Below are positions 1-12,622 of a stretch of 64,000 bases of DNA, piece after piece. How positions within the stretch are numbered: the first letter of the stretch is position 1; every line of letters starts with the position of its first letter. The stretch is from Rhizophagus irregularis. Taxonomy: Eukaryota. A program made the translations under genes and the position numbers. The stretch covers positions 3,596,001 through 3,660,000 of the forward strand of contig NC_089429.1 of NCBI RefSeq assembly GCF_026210795.1, written 5' to 3'. The notes under the pieces were generated by a model. The model was not told the origin of the DNA. It worked only from the letters and a program-made list of their open reading frames with translations, and searched no databases.

Positions 1-1215
1 AATAATGATGATAAGAAAACCGATAATAATGATTATATTCTTATCGATGATAGCGATGAAAAGGATGATCCATTTCGACTAGTGGTTCCAAAAGAAATTA
101 TTAGGGGATCAACTACTAAAAAACGTTCTCTTTTAAAAAGTGAAAGAAAATAGTAAGATTAGTAAGATGATTATAACACAGTAATAATAAATATAGCAAG
201 AATATAATAATAAATATATCATAAACTGCAAAATAAAAAAACGTATATTACAATATGTGTTCATATAAATTAAAATCGGTCAATAATAGAAAAAACGGGT
301 AATGATGAATTACGAAAAAATCAAAAATAGAAAGATTCTGGCTTACTCGAAATAAAAACAGGTATAGGTTATTTTAAGTATTGCTCTTACTGATCTATAA
401 ATCGGATTTCTATTCAATTCTATTTATGATCGAAATAAAAACAGGCATAAGTTATTTTAAGTATTGTTCTTACTGATCTATAAATCGGCATTTCTATTCA
501 ATTCTATTTGTGATCGAAATAAAAACAGGCATAGTTTATTTTAAGTATTGCTCTTACCGTTCTATAAATCGGCATTTCTATTCAATTCTATTTGTGATCG
601 AAATAAAAACAGGCATAGTTTATTTTAAGTATTGCTCTTACCGTTCTATAAATCGGCATTTCTATTCAATTCTATTTGTGATCGAAATAAAAACAGGCAT
701 AGGTTATTTTAAGTATTGTTCTTACTGGTCTATATATCGGCAATTCTATTTGTGAGATGGCATGATTATCGCAGTCCGATTTTGGATGATTACTACATGA
801 ATCTGCATGGCAGTATAAGTCTGTTGTGCCAATTTATAAATCGGCACTTATTTTTTGAAAAATTATTATATGAATCGGTACAATTGGCAGTCCGATTTGG
901 GAAATTATTGAAGAATCAGCAGGTAATATAAAATGTTTGTTGTTCTGATTTATGAATCAGCATGTTTATTTTCATGCCAGCAGTTTGATTGTGATGATAT
1001 TTTGTAAATTTATTTACAAGTCGGCAGTCCGATTATTATTTGAATCGGCATGATGGTTTAAAATGTGGCATTCCTATTTTTTGTCATTAAAAAGAGGAAT
1101 TTCTATTTTTAGCAATTCGCGTCATAAAATCGGCTGAATAAAGCCACAAATCGGACAAATACAGCCAAAAATCGGCAGTCCGATATTTGACCGATTTTTA
1201 CTTATTTGACGTGTG
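1..1215. mobile_element. Right end of a CACTA/CMC-like DNA transposon (runs off the left edge)
   Basis: Ends ...CTTATTTGACGTGTG at 1215. Reverse complement CACACGTCAAAT matches 10/12 with the CACTGGTCAAAT terminus of the 3628-10069 element. Dense AATCGG/CCGAT subterminal motifs; tail of an ORF at 1-153. Confidence 0.55.
347..755 (+). repeat. Tandem repeat, ~5 copies of an 84-bp unit
   Basis: TCGAAATAAAAACAGG recurs at 347, 430, 514, 598 and 682; units are nearly identical. Confidence 0.95.
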
Positions 1216-1998
1216 TTGTTTAAAGATAAATCTAAGATTTGTTCTACAGTATCAGGTAAATGTTGAGCTGAATGTAACACTGTTAAAATCATTGTGTAAG
1301 TCGTGATTGGTCAACCATTCCAGATATAAAAAAAAGGAGAAGGGTGAGTCACTTTTGGTAATTATTTGTTGTGTCATTGAAAGGTTTTGAAATGTTATTA
1401 AAAACGTATCTAAAAGGGCATGTGACTTGATTCAGAAATTTTTAGAAGGCTTTTTGATTGGTAGTTTTTGTTATTGCTTAATCAGAAAGAGTGGCTATGT
1501 GTTATTCATGATATTTGGCAAAGGACGTTGGTGAAGGTTGTGTTTAAAATGTTCCTGTAGACTAGTAAAAGTATCCCAGAAGAAAACTCTAAACAGGTGT
1601 TTCTTGTGTTGTGAAGCAGCCACGTGCTTCTTGATAGCCTGGTCAAATATCTTGAAAAATGAGGGCCTGTTGGTATATAGATAGAAAATTGTTGTGGAGA
1701 AATTCCACGAAATCTTCGTTAATAAGAAGTTCGTTGGTTGCTCTTTCCATGTCCAAAGTTTTGTTATTCCACTTAAAAAAGGTAGCTTAAAAATATCTTC
1801 ATCTTATCGTTGTCCCAAAGCTTGCTTATTCTAGGCGATACGCCTCTTCAGACCGAATTGAATCCAGAAACACCACAAAGAAAAAGAAAACACGTAAGAT
1901 AAGAAAAATAATATAGAAAAATAAAATTTCTACTATACTTCTCCGCTAATTAATTACGTTGTATTTCGGCGAACGGACCAATTCACTATTTATTATAA

Positions 1999-2290
1999 GG
2001 GTTTAAAATTTATGCACACCCCCATGGATATATTATATATAAAAGTCAAAAATGACATTCTAAACCCTTCATGGCTCATTAAGTAAAGTTGTAGAATAGG
2101 CAAAAATACACATAATAAATAAAATTTTAAGGCTCTATAATATATACGTAAGAGTTGCGGTATGAATATTTAAAAAAATCAGGATTTTACTAAAGTCACG
2201 TGATAATTGATGATCAACAAATTTACTATATAAAAATTACCAAAAATGGAGGGGTGCGCACATGCGCGGGTGCGCACAAATTTTATTTCC
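1999..2290. mobile_element. Mutator-type MITE, copy 1
   Basis: GG...CC termini with imperfect TIRs (GGGTTTAAAATTT / AAATTTTATTTCC). Perfect 9-bp TSD TTATTATAA at 1990-1998 and 2291-2299. Second copy at 16906. Confidence 0.85.
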
Positions 2291-2410
2291 TTATTATAAA
2301 ATTACTATGAATTAATTACATCTGTCAAAATACATTACATCTGTCAAAATAAATTTAATTAGTATTTTGTCATTTTGACGAAAAGTATAATTTCTACTAT
2401 TAAAATAAAC

Positions 2411-2638
2411 TAGAACCCTGCTTACTTATAAAATAGGTCACCTCCAGGCCTAAGGTAAAAATCATATATAAAATTCTTTGCAGATCCTACTAAAAAAGGA
2501 AATTTTATGTTACATTGTTATGATTTTTTTCCTTTTTAGCTAATTAACCAATAGAATTTAAGAAAAAGGTAAGGTAAAAACTATTAGTAAAGGCCCAATT
2601 TTCTACAGTGATCTTTATTATAAGTAAGCAGAATCCTA
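2411..2638. mobile_element. MITE with TAG...CTA ends, ~30-bp imperfect TIRs
   Basis: TAGAACCCTGCTTACTTATAAAATAGGTCAC versus GTGATCTTTATTATAAGTAAGCAGAATCCTA; flanks ATAAAC / ATAAAT. Confidence 0.7.
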
Positions 2639-4249
2639 ATAAATTACTATGAGTTTTTTGCTATTAAAACTTTGCTTGAAATATATAAAATAAGATAAAA
2701 GTATATAAACTATAAATGAAAAAAAAAACAAAATAAAAAAATTATTTTCAAAAAAAAAATGTTAAACATTTTATTAATAAATAAATTTTTTATATTAAAT
2801 ATTATATAATTATATAACAATCACTGGATAAATACAGACCAAATTTTTTTTGTTAATGATCGACATTATGCATTACTATGATTTTTATCAAAAATCATTA
2901 ACTAAACTGGATTTAGTGAAATAAAACAAGCCAAATAAAAATAATTTTTTTTAATCATGAGTTTGAATATGACATTTTTTTTTATACATATTTATAAGAA
3001 AAGTTTCTTCATTTGAAAGGATTTTGAAGTTAAAGTTGGCAAATTCTTTAGTAATCGTAATTGAAATTTTTGAATTAATGTTATAGAATTTAACTTAAAT
3101 CCTTCAAAAACACAAATATTCATTAATGTCTTCTTTAATATTAATGAAAATAACAAAGTTGAAGCAGTTTTTGAATCAAGTATATTTGAATTAAACAAAG
3201 CTGATGTAAAATACAATGAAAACTTTGAATCAAATAGTGATAGTAATTATGACGAATTTGAAAGTGATAATGAAGAGAATAAGAATGATGATGAAATTGA
3301 TATATTTATTGAACAAAAAAGACTCAAGATTTGACCTCGTGTGTATTAATTGATAAAGTAGATGGTAAAATCCAAAAGTATAAAAATACAGAAAGCTTTT
3401 AAACATTATGGCAATTAGTTGGAGTGTGGCAAATAGATAATAAAAAAATTTTGGAAGTAAATTGATCTTTAGAAAAACTAGGTGTTTGTAGTTATCATTT
3501 TAATCATGATCAGAATAAATTACATAATTCAAAAATTAAATAAACATCATCTATGGCAGCTAGTATTCTTCGCAGACGGAGGTGTCTATTTTGTAAAAAA
3601 CTTTTTTACTTTTTAGTCAAGGAGATACACTGGTCGAATGACAACATATCAGAGAAAATTCAGGTACCCGATTCTTCACTAATTCTTCACAGATATATAT
3701 ATTATACAATCCCGATACTTATTCCCGATTGGGCTCAGGTTCTTGTTGCATTTCTGGATACAACCGGGCATAAATACTTCATAAGTATTGGATTTCTATT
3801 GGTGAAGAATCGGGTTTCTGTTATTTTACAAATAAACGCCCAATATTTACCAAATTAATAACTGAATCTTTTGAAGTTTTAATAAACTATAAGGTGCAAA
3901 TCGGATAAATATTATGTTAATATCGGATTTCTGATATTTTACTTATATTTATATAATATTTAAGTATTTATTTGGGTTATCATAAAGTATCGTTAAACGA
4001 TACAATACACGCCGGGCAGTAATTGAAATCACGATATTTCAAATTGTTTTAATCAATTTATTACTATTCGTTGCAATATATTATATAGCAATATACTAAT
4101 CAATTTTACAGTAATACATTTGCTTGCTATATTTAATCGTTGTTATATAGAAATAAACTACAAATCATTCTTGCGTAATAAAAATATAAACTACAAATTA
4201 TTATTAATATACGTGCTCTTTTAAATCTAACATTGCATTAATGCATTAA

Positions 4250-5861
4250 TTAAACCTGTTCATCAAGTTCGTTAGGTTCATCATTAATATTATCGATATT
4301 ATCGATCTCATCTTGTGGTTGTACGTCGGATCCGTACGACTGTGATATCGACCAATCAGGGGCACCTTCAGGCGGTTTTGACTCGTCGATCCACGTTTTA
4401 TCATCATACCAACGATGTCGTGAAAGTTTTACATGACTTATTTTCTCACCAACTCGGTCAGCCAAGCGAAGTAATTTACGTCCCTATAAAAATGAAAAAG
4501 AGATAATAAGCAAATGTATACAATAACTATACAATTGTTTTATTTGATACTTACGCGACGTGACCTCCAGGGCTTGTCATAAACATGAAGAACATGTTTA
4601 TCCGTTTCAATTTTATTCTTAGGACGAACATGATCTTCGATTTCTTTTTTGGTGAGCTCTTCATCAGTTTCAGAAACTTCATCACTGTGGAATCCTCCTT
4701 CATTAAATATGGTTTCGCAGTCTTGCACCATTGAACTTCCCGAAGATAATGATGACGGTTGAAATTCTTTAAGCGAGGCATCATTAATATTGAACATATG
4801 CTCGATGCCTTTCTGACGTCGCTCTTTTTTCTATTGCAATCAGATATTAGTGATTAGGATAGAAAGGAACAAGATCAAGGATTTTAATTTCATATTTCGG
4901 ATGTCTTCAGTACTTACATCTTTTCTTCGAGAATTCGTTCCTTTTCTCTTCTTTTCAAATCTAGTCTTATCCGGATCAAGGCTAACCATCCAGCTTTCTC
5001 TACGATGGCGGTGTAGATTCTGTAAGACCCATTTCAATTCTATATCTTTGTATTGAAACCTTCCGGTCAAGACTCTAGCGATCTCCTTCATGATGTGTTT
5101 TGAAACGTGTGGTGCAATTTCTACCCATTTTTTGGTATGATCCAATTGCAATGAATCATCGAGACCGCTAAGCATCTGCACGACCTCATCCTTAATTTTA
5201 TAAAAAAATATCGATTAAAAAATTTTGCTGAATAACCAATAGTTACTTGATACTCGCATGGAACAACTTATATTGATCTTCGTCCATATCTTCAAGCAAA
5301 ACCCGAGCACGTCGACGATATCCAGTTTCTGGTTCTGGCGTGAGTGATGTATTTTGTCTACTCCTTGGAACTGGTGTTGTCTGAGGGGTTGATGGCCATT
5401 CAGCTTGTAGGTCGTTCCTTGTTTGAGATTTCTTGAGGTCCGAACTTCTTCCGTAAGTGCAGTGATAGCTCTGCTTAGGGCTTCGATATCTGTAAATTGA
5501 AATCATGACATTATATTCAAAATATGTAAAATAAAAAACATAATTATTATATTATAACCATACCATCGATTCTATTATATCTTGTAGTTGAACACCCTCC
5601 TTGTTGACTTGGTGAACGACTATCTGAATAATTAGTCCTATTATGTCTTGTAGTCGAACGTCCTCTTTGTTGACTTGGTGAACGACTATCTGAATAATTA
5701 GAATAAGAAGAACATCTAGACTTGTTCCTTCTTGAACGATAACGGTGACGACGATGTGGTGACATTGAGTTTGTTTGATGATGGTTGTAAGAGGTTAAAT
5801 TTGTTGTAGATAAGCGTCTTAAGCTTATTTTCTTAATTTTGAAAGGTCTTCTTCCACGCAT
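4250..5861 (-). CDS. CACTA accessory (TnpA-like) gene, ~5 exons, Ser/Arg-rich N-terminus
   Basis: ORF pieces 5547-5870, 5243-5506, 4840-5181, 4540-4797 and 4250-4465 are linked by GT..AG introns (e.g. GAT|GTAAGT ~4917, CGC|GTAAGT ~4553). Lies within the TIRs. Exons are not fully checked for frame. Confidence 0.6.
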
Positions 5862-6421
5862 TTTTACCAAAATTTGTTAAAGGATAAAAAAAAAACAATA
5901 CAATAAGGTAAAAGACGTTCTTTTATACCTTTATTTATTTCCACAATTAAAATATTATGATTATTAATAATATTTTTTTTTTTCCTATAATTAGATTAAA
6001 TGTAATGATTACGATTTTTTTTTAATGATTTAGATCAAAGTATAATGATATGGCAGAGAAAAAAAAATCAGTTCGTGGGAAGAAAGGGGTCTTTATATAT
6101 ATTTTTTTTTGTCATATGAGGACCGATAGGTCTGTCGAAAGTAACGAAATAGTCTATTAAATAAGCTTTTTTTGATTGAATTTTTTTTTCCTTTTTTTTC
6201 ATGCCGATAAGTCTATTGAAAATAACGAAATAGTCTATTGAAGTATAAGCTTTTTTTGATTCAAATAAAGGAACTTATATTGATTTAAATACAATAAATA
6301 CAATAAATTGATAGTAACCTAATATGGTCAACAATGTCAATTATCAATCATACTAATATATCCGTTCATCGAAGAACCGGAAATTCATTTTTAATAAAAT
6401 TTTTTTATATTATTATTTACA

Positions 6422-9400
6422 ATGACGAGAAAATACCGAAGAACAAAAGCTGTCTTTGTAAAGAAATCCTATAATTTTAAACAGAAAACATCAAATAAAG
6501 TTCCGTGTCATTGCAATAAATGTAAAGGTAACATGGTTGATCCACGTACAAAAAATAGTCATAGTTTAAAAAGGGATATTAGACCAAGAGGAGTTATTGA
6601 AGAAATTATAGATTTAAATCAAGTTTCATCTGATGACCTAAACCAAGATACATCGGTAGACCTCTTGAATGATCCAATGGAAATAGAATCACATAATTCA
6701 GATGATGGTCATCATGAACCTATTGTTGATGAGGAAAATTATTCGTTTCTTCCCAAAAAATCGAAATCATCAAAAGCCAAATCGAAAGATAAACGAAAAC
6801 ATATCGGTAGTGGAAATTCCAAGAATGTATCATACCCTATTGTTGTTATTGAACAAAGTATTTCAGATGATGATACTAGTGATGCTGATGATGAAGAAAA
6901 CGATCAAGTTGATAATGACTTTGATCCTATCGAAGAAATACCAAATGAATCTTCATCCGGCTGGTTTGACGCACCGGAAAATACATACGGTGATGATCCA
7001 GAAGCCTCCTTCATTGATTTTACTGAAGACTTTCATTGGATTGTTTTATGGATCTTATTATATCGAGAGATATAAGTTATCCGACGTCACTACCGATTCT
7101 TTAGTCAAATTTTTTAGATATCTTTTGGTTCTTTTGGATGCAAACACGTACAATTCTTTTCCTACATCTTTGTATATGGCACGTAAAAAACTTGGCGTCT
7201 GTGCTCATATTGTCAAATTCGCATCGTGTGAAAAGTGTTGCAAATTGTATAATGTAACAGAAGTATCAACTAACGACCCTTACCAAGTTCCAGCCACAAT
7301 TCATTGTACCTATGTAGATTTTCCGGATCATCCGATGGCAAATCAAAGAAAAAAGTGCAATGCTACACTTGCTAAGAAAGTTCCGGTTACTAACGGAACA
7401 ATCTATCGACCTTCTTTAACGTTCCCTACTGTTAGTTTAAAACACCAATTACAATTAATGTATAATCGAAAAGGATTTGAGAAATTATGTAGAAAATGGG
7501 CGGACCGTAACGATTCTCAATTTTTGAATGATATTTATGACGGAAAGATCTGGAAAACCTTTCAGGATCATCGTCAAAATATACCATTTTTCCGGAAAGA
7601 TGTCTCAGACCGCCACTTAGGCATCATGTTAAATATCGACTGGTTCCAACCATTCGATAATTCAACTTATAGTATAGGAGCTCTATATGGTGTAATATGT
7701 AACCTGCCTCGAAATGAAAGATTCAAGCCATCAAATATTTTGACAATGGCTTTAATTCCGGGGCCAAATGAGCCTAGTTTACATCAACTAAACCATTATA
7801 TAGCTCCCATCATCGATCAATTAATCGAGTTATGGAATGGGATTGAACTATCGAAAACATACGAAAGCTCTACCGGAAAATCTATTCGAGCCGCAGTAAT
7901 ATGCTGCTCATGTGATATTCCAGCCGCGAGAAAACTCTGCGGTCATATCTCTGCGCGAGTGGCTTGTCATAGATGCTTAAAAAAGGCTCAATATGATGAT
8001 CGAAATCAACCGAATTTTGGCGGATTTGATGATATTGATGAATGGTTTGTCGAAAGAGATATCAACCAGGTTCGAAGGGATGCGCGAGAATGGTTGAATT
8101 GCAATACTAAAGATGCTAGAAATAGTCACGTCCATAATACTTTAGTACGGTGGTCAGAAATGTATCGACTTCCGTACTTTGATTCAGTGCGATTTCTCAC
8201 AGTGGATCCAATGCATTGTTTGTTCTTGGGTATTGCTAAGTGGATCGTGACCAGACTGTGGATCGAGGAGGGCCGATTGACACAAAAAGATTTAGAAACA
8301 ATGCAAAAAAGGGCAAATGCAATAAAAGTTCCAGCAGATATCGGTAGAATTCCCTACAAAATTGCTACAGGGTGAAGGCTTTTCAAGGTTCACCGCTGAT
8401 CAATGGAAGACTTTTATCTTAATTTATGCCACTTCCATAACATGGGATCTGCTTCAAGAATCGGATAAATTGATACTCGCCAATTTTGTCCGTGCATGCA
8501 ATATTCTTGTATGCAGATCTATAACAACGAATGGGTTAGAAGAAGCTCATAAAAATCTTCTAGAAGTGGCAAAGCTCATTGAAGAAAATTACGGCGCAGA
8601 AAAAATTACGCCGAATTTACATTTATGCTTACATATTTGCCATTGTGCGTTAGACTATGGACTATTATACGCGTTCTGGTGTTTCAGTTACGAACGCATG
8701 AACGGTCTATTAGGTAATTCCAGATTTCCGAACTTATCAATATAATTAAATCAATTTATTAAATAGTCTATATTTATAGGATCGTATCATAGCAGTAATA
8801 GAAGAATCGAACCAGAATTATTAAAAACCATTCAATTCAACTCTCTTCTTGATCAGTTTTCTTCATGCGCCCAAGACCATCAACATTTATCGACTTGTAT
8901 CACACTAATTACACCGAAAGAAACTACCGGCAGTCTTGTAATTCATGATGAAATTAATGGAATAGATTACCGGGAATTTTTATCAATGTCTAGAAACGTG
9001 GAAGAAATGGCCGGAACGGGTTCGGAACCTTTTCCAGGTACTTTTCTTAATCCTAAAAGGATAGACACCAACCTTTCAAAAGAAGTATTAGATTTGTTGG
9101 TTGAATATTACCGCAATGCCTATGGAAAAGATTTCGCAGCACTATCAGATATCCATGCTGCTCCTTCTGCTATACCGGTATTACCAAAAGTGAACACTTA
9201 TGGACGACTAAAAATTGGATCCGAAGTTTTTGGGTCAATGTATTCTAAAAGGCACGTCACATCGGCCAAAATATTATCCCAATTTCTCCATGATAATACT
9301 AAAGATACTTATCCCGGTATTGTTCAATTTTATTTTGAACATATTATACATTTTCCGGAAGGTTCTGTAAATCATTCCCTAGCATTTGTAAAGTGGTACC

Positions 9401-9626
9401 TTCTGGCAGAAAATCACAAGACTAGATTTCATTGCACAATTAATGGCGATGAAAATTTGTGCAATATAGAACTATGGAAAAAGAATTTTATGATCTTAGC
9501 AGGGATTGTATTATCCCCGTACATAGTATACTGGGTCGGTTTGTTGAAGGTTCTTTTTCAATAGGACGAAAAGAAACCTGGAAATATGTGTCAGTAATAC
9601 CGATCAATAGAAAGTTTCATATTTAA
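6422..9626 (+). pseudogene. EnSpm/CACTA (Transposase_21/Tnp2-type) transposase with three frameshifts
   Basis: Motifs CHCNKC, DIYDGKIW, LNIDWFQPF, IPGPNEP, CSCDIPAARKLCG, VDPMHCLFLG, TPNLHL, FWCFSYERMNG. One intron ~8714-8779. Frameshifts near 7070, 8370 and 9480. Confidence 0.9.
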
Positions 9627-10472
9627 AATTTATAATAATACTGTAATATCAATCATGTTTTATATTATGAATATTATAAATATACAAATAAATAAATATA
9701 TAATAATTATTATTAAACCTTTAAATTTCTCACCGTCTAATATCAATGTTCTATCAGTATTATTATCGGACATGTGATGTTTTACCGATGCTTATTTATA
9801 AATTAATGACAGATCAGTGACAGATCGGGTGTTTATTTATTAGTCATCGGGAAATCCGGAAGGTAATCAATTTGTTACTTATTATCAGCTGATCAAATTT
9901 GATATACGTTTAGAATCTATCGGCTTCTTATATAATAGAATCAATAGGCCTATCGGGATACTGATTATTTAATGATAAAAAAAATAAGAGCCGGTTAAGA
10001 ACCGAAACCTGATTGGTCCCGATTCTTAACTGGCTCTTAATACACCGATTCTTCATCATTTGACCAGTGGATGGTTGTTCAAAACATTTCCGAAAATTAT
10101 TAGAAAAAAATATACAGATTATATGTAACAGACAACATACATGTCCTGCTCTTAGGGAATGTGATCCAGTTTGTATACCTACCTTTGAAGATGTTAAAAA
10201 TTCACGTTGCATTTATTCATAATGTTATGAATTGAAAGGCGACCACTTTCATGTAAAACCTAGTAAAGAAAAAATATTGGTAACCTGTGTTGATCAAAAA
10301 TATCATGATCAAGATATTAAAAAAAATTTGCACGTTAGTTACTTTATATTAAAGATAATAAAGAAATGGAATATCAGAAAAGAATTCTTGAAACTTTTTT
10401 ACCTTTTTATTTTCAATATTTAAATAAAAATTATTTAGACAAAATAAATACAAGTACAATAAATCAAACTCA

Positions 10473-10779
10473 CACTGGTCAAAAACCAATATATCAGGTA
10501 CATATCTGATACATATCTGCTACCTAATATATTGCACTGGTAAAAAAATGATTTATCCTACACATATCTTACACATATTGGGCACTCAAAATGTAGAAAA
10601 TAAATGTACAAATAATATACATATAAATACAACGTATCGGGTACGTACCCGATATGTGTATGATATGTGTATTATTTGTGTATGATTTTCTACATTTTGA
10701 GTACCCGATATATGTAAGATATGTGTAGGATATGTGTAGGATAGACCATTTTTTTACCAGTGTTGGTTTTTGACCAGTG
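10473..10779. mobile_element. Tiny CACTG MITE (TSD TCA) containing a second CACTG MITE
   Basis: CACTGGTCAAAAACCAA...TTGGTTTTTGACCAGTG flanked by TCA / TCA. Confidence 0.9.
10535..10762. mobile_element. Inner palindromic CACTG MITE (TSD TTG)
   Basis: CACTGGTAAAAAAATG...CATTTTTTTACCAGTG flanked by TTG / TTG; hairpin centred on GGGTACGTACCC. Confidence 0.9.
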
Positions 10780-12100
10780 TCAATCTTATCATTCTTTAAT
10801 TTTATTAAAAATCCCTACTTTTTTTATAGTTTGAATATTGATACGTTTAAATCAGATTCCAATCTATCCTAATGAAAAAGAATTAGAAGAAAAAGATTTT
10901 AAGAAATTTAGAGAAATAGCTGGTAACAAATTGTAGCATTTATACGAACATTTAAAAGCTAATTAAAAATACCTTCAATCACCAGCTGGTATTACTAAAT
11001 GAAAAATATGCACTTTTAATCATATAAATAAGTTATATTTCATATTTTTTATTTCACATACCACCATTTCTCCCAAAGTGAAGGTGCCCTGCAGGAATAT
11101 TAGGATGTTCATATATATCGTAATCAATATATGTGAGATCTCTTAACCGAGGTGGAGGACGAGGGGATGTCACTTGTCTCGACATTTTTCACAGAACCTC
11201 TTGTTAATAAAGAATATGATTCGTTTTTGGCTGAAAGAATTGCACAAGGATGATTCGTTTTTGGCTGAGGGAAGAATATATTGATGCGTTTCCTACTAAG
11301 TTTTTAAAAGTTTTTTTTGAAAGAATGTTTTTACAATTGGAATCAAAAAAAATAACATGATTTAATCAGAAAAAAATATTACAAAACCAACCTTTAAAAC
11401 AATCTAATCCTCAAAAAATAAACAAGCCCATTTCCTTTTTGCTTTCAGTATTAGTAGGATACACTTTTTCTTATTTTAATCTTTGACTTTCTACTATATT
11501 AACATCTTTGTGTAGACGACCAAAATTAATTTCTTCACTCTATTCATTATTGACAAAATGTTCAATAATTGGACATACAAGTCATCATGAACACCGGTTG
11601 GAAAAAACTAGAATGCAAAACATTGATCCTACAAAATGATTAATAAGAGGAAAGAATATGTTTAATTTAGCTGTTATTGATAATATAAATTTCAAGGAGA
11701 TTAGTTTTAGTTTCAGCAATATTTACGATATAATGTGTAGAACCTCACAAGTTCACATGCAATCTTAAGGATGGTATTCCAATCAACATTGCTTATACGG
11801 CTATACCCATTAATAATATGTCTGAAGAAATTAGAGAATTGAATGCTAATAGTACCTCTTTTTGGAATGACACTAGGAATGCGTGTAATGCAAAATAAGA
11901 TTGATTGTATTTTTGAGAAGTTATTAAACTTCCAGATAAACGAAAGTGAAAATATAAGTTATAATAAAAACTTGAATATTAAAATGATTGAAAAGGAAAT
12001 TATTGCTCAATGTGAGTTTGGGTATTTAATCCCACCTCCTAACATAGTTATTCTAACTCCTACCGGCTCTCCAAATGATGATAATGAGATTTTTTGTACT

Positions 12101-12622
12101 CATCAGGAAATTTGTTTAGGCATAATTTAGTGTAATATTTCGAAGGTGGTGTAAAATTTCAAAATATTACACTAAAAACGTAATATTACAAAAGTTTATG
12201 CTCTTAAATTTAAATAATTATAGTAATTTAAGAATATCTCACTATCTACTGATCCAATCAAGACGATCTATAGCTCATTGGAATCAGCTCATCAAGACGA
12301 ATCAAATGGTGGTAAAATCGCATCTTTACGTTCAATAGATGGCTTTCTATTAATTTAAAACTTTATTGTATACTATAGAACGTTCTATCAACTGTAGAAA
12401 TGCGATTTTACTACCATTTGATTCGTCTTAATGAGCTGATTCCAATGAGCTATAGATCGTCTTGATTGGATCAGTAGATAGCGAGATATTCTTAAATTAC
12501 TATAATTATTTAAATTTAAGAGCGTAAACTTTTGTAATATTACGTTTTTAGTGTAATATTTCGAAATTTTACACCACCTTTGAAATATTACACTAAATTC
12601 CGCCTAAACAAATTTCCTGATG
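12101..12622. mobile_element. 522-bp foldback (hairpin) MITE, 2-bp TSD CT
   Basis: CATCAGGAAATTTGTTTAGGC...GCCTAAACAAATTTCCTGATG, arms complementary over >200 bp. Removing it plus one CT restores the host frame (C-T-I-Q-M-Y-K). Confidence 0.9.

Larger units (their letters stand above)
3628..10069. mobile_element. CACTA/EnSpm-type transposon with CACTG termini, ~6.4 kb, two divergent genes
   Basis: TIRs CACTGGTCGAATGA / TCATTTGACCAGTG. Flanks GAT(A) / GAT, i.e. a 3-bp TSD with one extra base. ATCGG subterminal motifs; the host ORF resumes on the other side. Confidence 0.85.

Noticed and set aside
347..755. CRISPR-like array, or the 81-aa repeat ORF at 510-755
   Set aside because: Whole units repeat with no unique spacers, the context is eukaryotic, and the first units contain in-frame TGA.
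1416..1432. TGTGACTTGAT resembling the LINE 5' junction
   Set aside because: Only ~11 bp match, with no MITE arm or LINE 5' sequence adjoining.
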